A DNA stretch of 64,000 bases. Source: Lama guanicoe. Its lineage: Eukaryota. Below the pieces are notes generated by a model. That model saw nothing but the letters and a program-made list of their open reading frames with translations. It was not told the DNA's origin and made no database searches. Positions 61,860-64,000 of this stretch are shown here, piece by piece. The first letter of the stretch is position 1. Each line of letters starts with the position of its first letter. Where the stretch lies: the NCBI GenBank assembly GCA_013239625.1, contig MU053431.1:124001-188000 (forward strand). Reading direction: 5' to 3'. Made by a program: the position numbers and the translations under genes.

Positions 61860-62250
61860 TCACCCTCTGCCTGTATCTCCCCTGAACTCACCCCCACCCA
61901 GGGCTACAGCCACACTGGTCTCCACCCAAGTCCTTCAGCAGACCAAGGGCCTGCCCCTCCACACACATGCACGCATGCCCTGGGGCCTTTGCACCTACTC
62001 CCATCCCCTGCTGCCCTGTTCACCTGGCTGCTCCTTCTCTTCTTCAGGTCTCAGCTTGGGTGTTACCTCCAAAGAGAGGCCTTTCCTGCCCACCTCCACC
62101 CCTAATCTGGCTTTCTCTCTGTCCTGTGTGCTGTCCTTCCAGGACTGATCAGGACTTGGTCATTTCCTGTGTCTGCTTTCACTTGCTCTTGGTCTCTGGT
62201 ACCACACTTAACCTCTAAGAAATTCGTAAGCAATTCATTGAGTGAAAGAA
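61860..62250 (+). mobile_element. Degenerate L2 fragment
   Basis: gggcctttgcacct...tcttcaggtctcagctt...tgttacctcc...agagaggcctttcctg. Confidence 0.6.
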
Positions 62251-64000
62251 GTCTCATCCTGCAGACGTGGACGGAGCACCTGGGGTCGGGCCTGTGCCTT
62301 ATGGCTCCTCTGCAGAGAACACTTCGATCCTCAGACACAGTCTTCAGGCTCCACATCCATGACGTCTGCCCTGCCAACAAACCAGGCAAGGACTTGGCAA
62401 ACATAAACATTCAGGCTTTGTTCCTGATTGATTCTGACTGCAGGAGCCAGATCAATGGATGACAATCTGCTTTCTCAGGACCGATAAATACTGATAGATT
62501 CCTGCCCGATGGCGGCTGGAGGGGCGCCAGCTGTCTTGAGCTCCAAGCCCGCCCACACCTGTGTCCTCATCCTCGGGGGGCCAGGGGTATTTACACTTGG
62601 ACAATCTCTGTTTCTCTCCCCAAATGTTGTGTTGCTTGTGGTGATTTGCCTTGGAAAGGACCTGCAGTTGGATTGGCCATTTGACATGTGTGGCTGCTAT
62701 TAAAATGTGTCTCAGAGATAAAGGGGCACCGCTCTCGCCTGGGGGTGCATTTATGTGCTCCTGGAAGAAACCATCAGGTGCGTCCTGGTCCGCAGACACC
62801 TGGGCGTTGGTTACAGACAGCATGGCTTTATCTTTGATTCACAGCAGTGTGTGCTTTTCTGTGTCCTGGAGCTGGGGAACTGGCTCACAGCAGTCACCCA
62901 ACAGTTAGCTTGTTCCTGCCATGTGCTAGGTACCGTGTGTGTGTGTGTGTGTGTTGAGGGTTCTTTAAACTGTGAAGAATCAACAAGCACACCTCCCATC
63001 TTCTTGGAGTTCACGGTCTGTGGGAGAGGCGGCTGTGAAGACCAGGGGCTCTTGTGCCCGGCGCTGCGGTAGCTGTACCCAGAGCGGCTGTGGGACGGCC
63101 CGGGTGCACAGAAGTTCTAGCTGGGTTTCCCCTCGCAGGTTCCTTTTGTGACAGCTGCTGTAGGTCCACTGTCAACCTGCTGTTTCCCTCTGTGGTCACA
63201 ACCACCTTATAAAGAGGAACCAGGCTCTCTCCTCTGAGGGACAACTCCATAACTTTGGGGTGACTCTCCCACTTGGGCTGTTAGGTGACGCTTGCTGGGC
63301 ACCCTGATGCGCAGAGAACAGCCTCTTTGGGTGTTTGTGCTTTCATTTTCAAGCTGCCGAGAAACCAGAAATGTCATGTAAATCTCCTCCTGGCCCCTCC
63401 GAGTCATCACCCCTTCCAGTGAGAGCAGGCTTTTCTTCTGTCCTCTGATGACAAGACCAGCAAAGGACCTGGGTCACTGTTTCCAAAGAGAAACAAGAAG
63501 AATGTCAAATTTCTTACCCAAAGGACTGATTCTGCATCACTCTCCAGAGAAGGGGAAAACCATGATTTTCATTGGCGGGTGGTGTTTAGAGAAGGATCTA
63601 TGTCTTGAAGTTGAAAAAGAATCCACTTGGCTTTGATATTTGGAGGAAGTGTCCAAACCATCGTGTTTCTGCCTGGTATTCCTTTATGCAGAACCCGCTG
63701 GAGTCGACATTAAAGGCCCCGTCTCCCGTTTGCCACGAAAGATGTTTAATTGAAAGGTTCTTCCTCTCCCCTTGGCAAGCCTCATTTCTCAGCACCAGTT
63801 GACATGTGAATTCTGGGGTGACTGGTCAAGAAAGGAGTTTGTGTGTAATTAGACCAGATTGAAGAAGAGTTTGGAAATCGGCCAGAGGAGGATTTGGGAG
63901 TCTGCATCCTTTCACCAGGTCAGGGCTTTGTGCAGTATTCATGTGCGTGAGTGAGCGCGGCTGCACAGAGTGCCAGCACCACTGGCTCCTGGTAGAGCAC

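Noticed and set aside
1..64000. Hundreds of 60-180 aa ORFs in the six-frame track
   Set aside because: They overlap on both strands, often start at non-ATG codons, have GC-driven composition (P/G/S/R/C/W) and show no recognisable domains. This is expected by chance; only the L1 ORF2 pieces are real coding remnants.
1..64000. Novel multi-gene, defence or RT-associated system
   Set aside because: No operon-like structure or intact enzyme gene. The only RT is an ordinary, truncated, catalytically dead L1 with TSD and poly(A).

Overview
Mammalian genomic DNA, mostly non-coding (intronic or intergenic), with one 61-N assembly gap at 27290-27350. The repeat content suggests a cetartiodactyl, probably a camelid (inference): a young L1 with a camelid-type 3' UTR, a MER41-like LTR, and no recognisable Alu, B1/B2, BovB/Bov-tA, PRE1 or Can-SINE. 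The only recognisable protein-coding sequence is the disabled ORF2 of a 5'-truncated L1 (45348-47914) with a 15-bp target-site duplication (TSD), nested inside a MER2-type DNA transposon. Other repeats include a young gamma-type (ERV1) solo LTR with a 4-bp TSD and 104-bp U3 tandem repeats, older MaLR/ERVL LTRs, Tigger and hAT elements, MIR, L2 and old L1 fragments. There is also a 303-bp tandem duplication that may be an assembly artefact. Possible minus-strand exons lie at the left edge, with a possible promoter near 11 kb; I cannot name the gene. Several AT-rich, homeodomain-motif-rich islands look like candidate enhancers. I found no support for a novel multi-gene system, CRISPR array or RNA gene. 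Repeat family names are recalled from consensus sequences, not from a search, and boundaries of old repeats are approximate.
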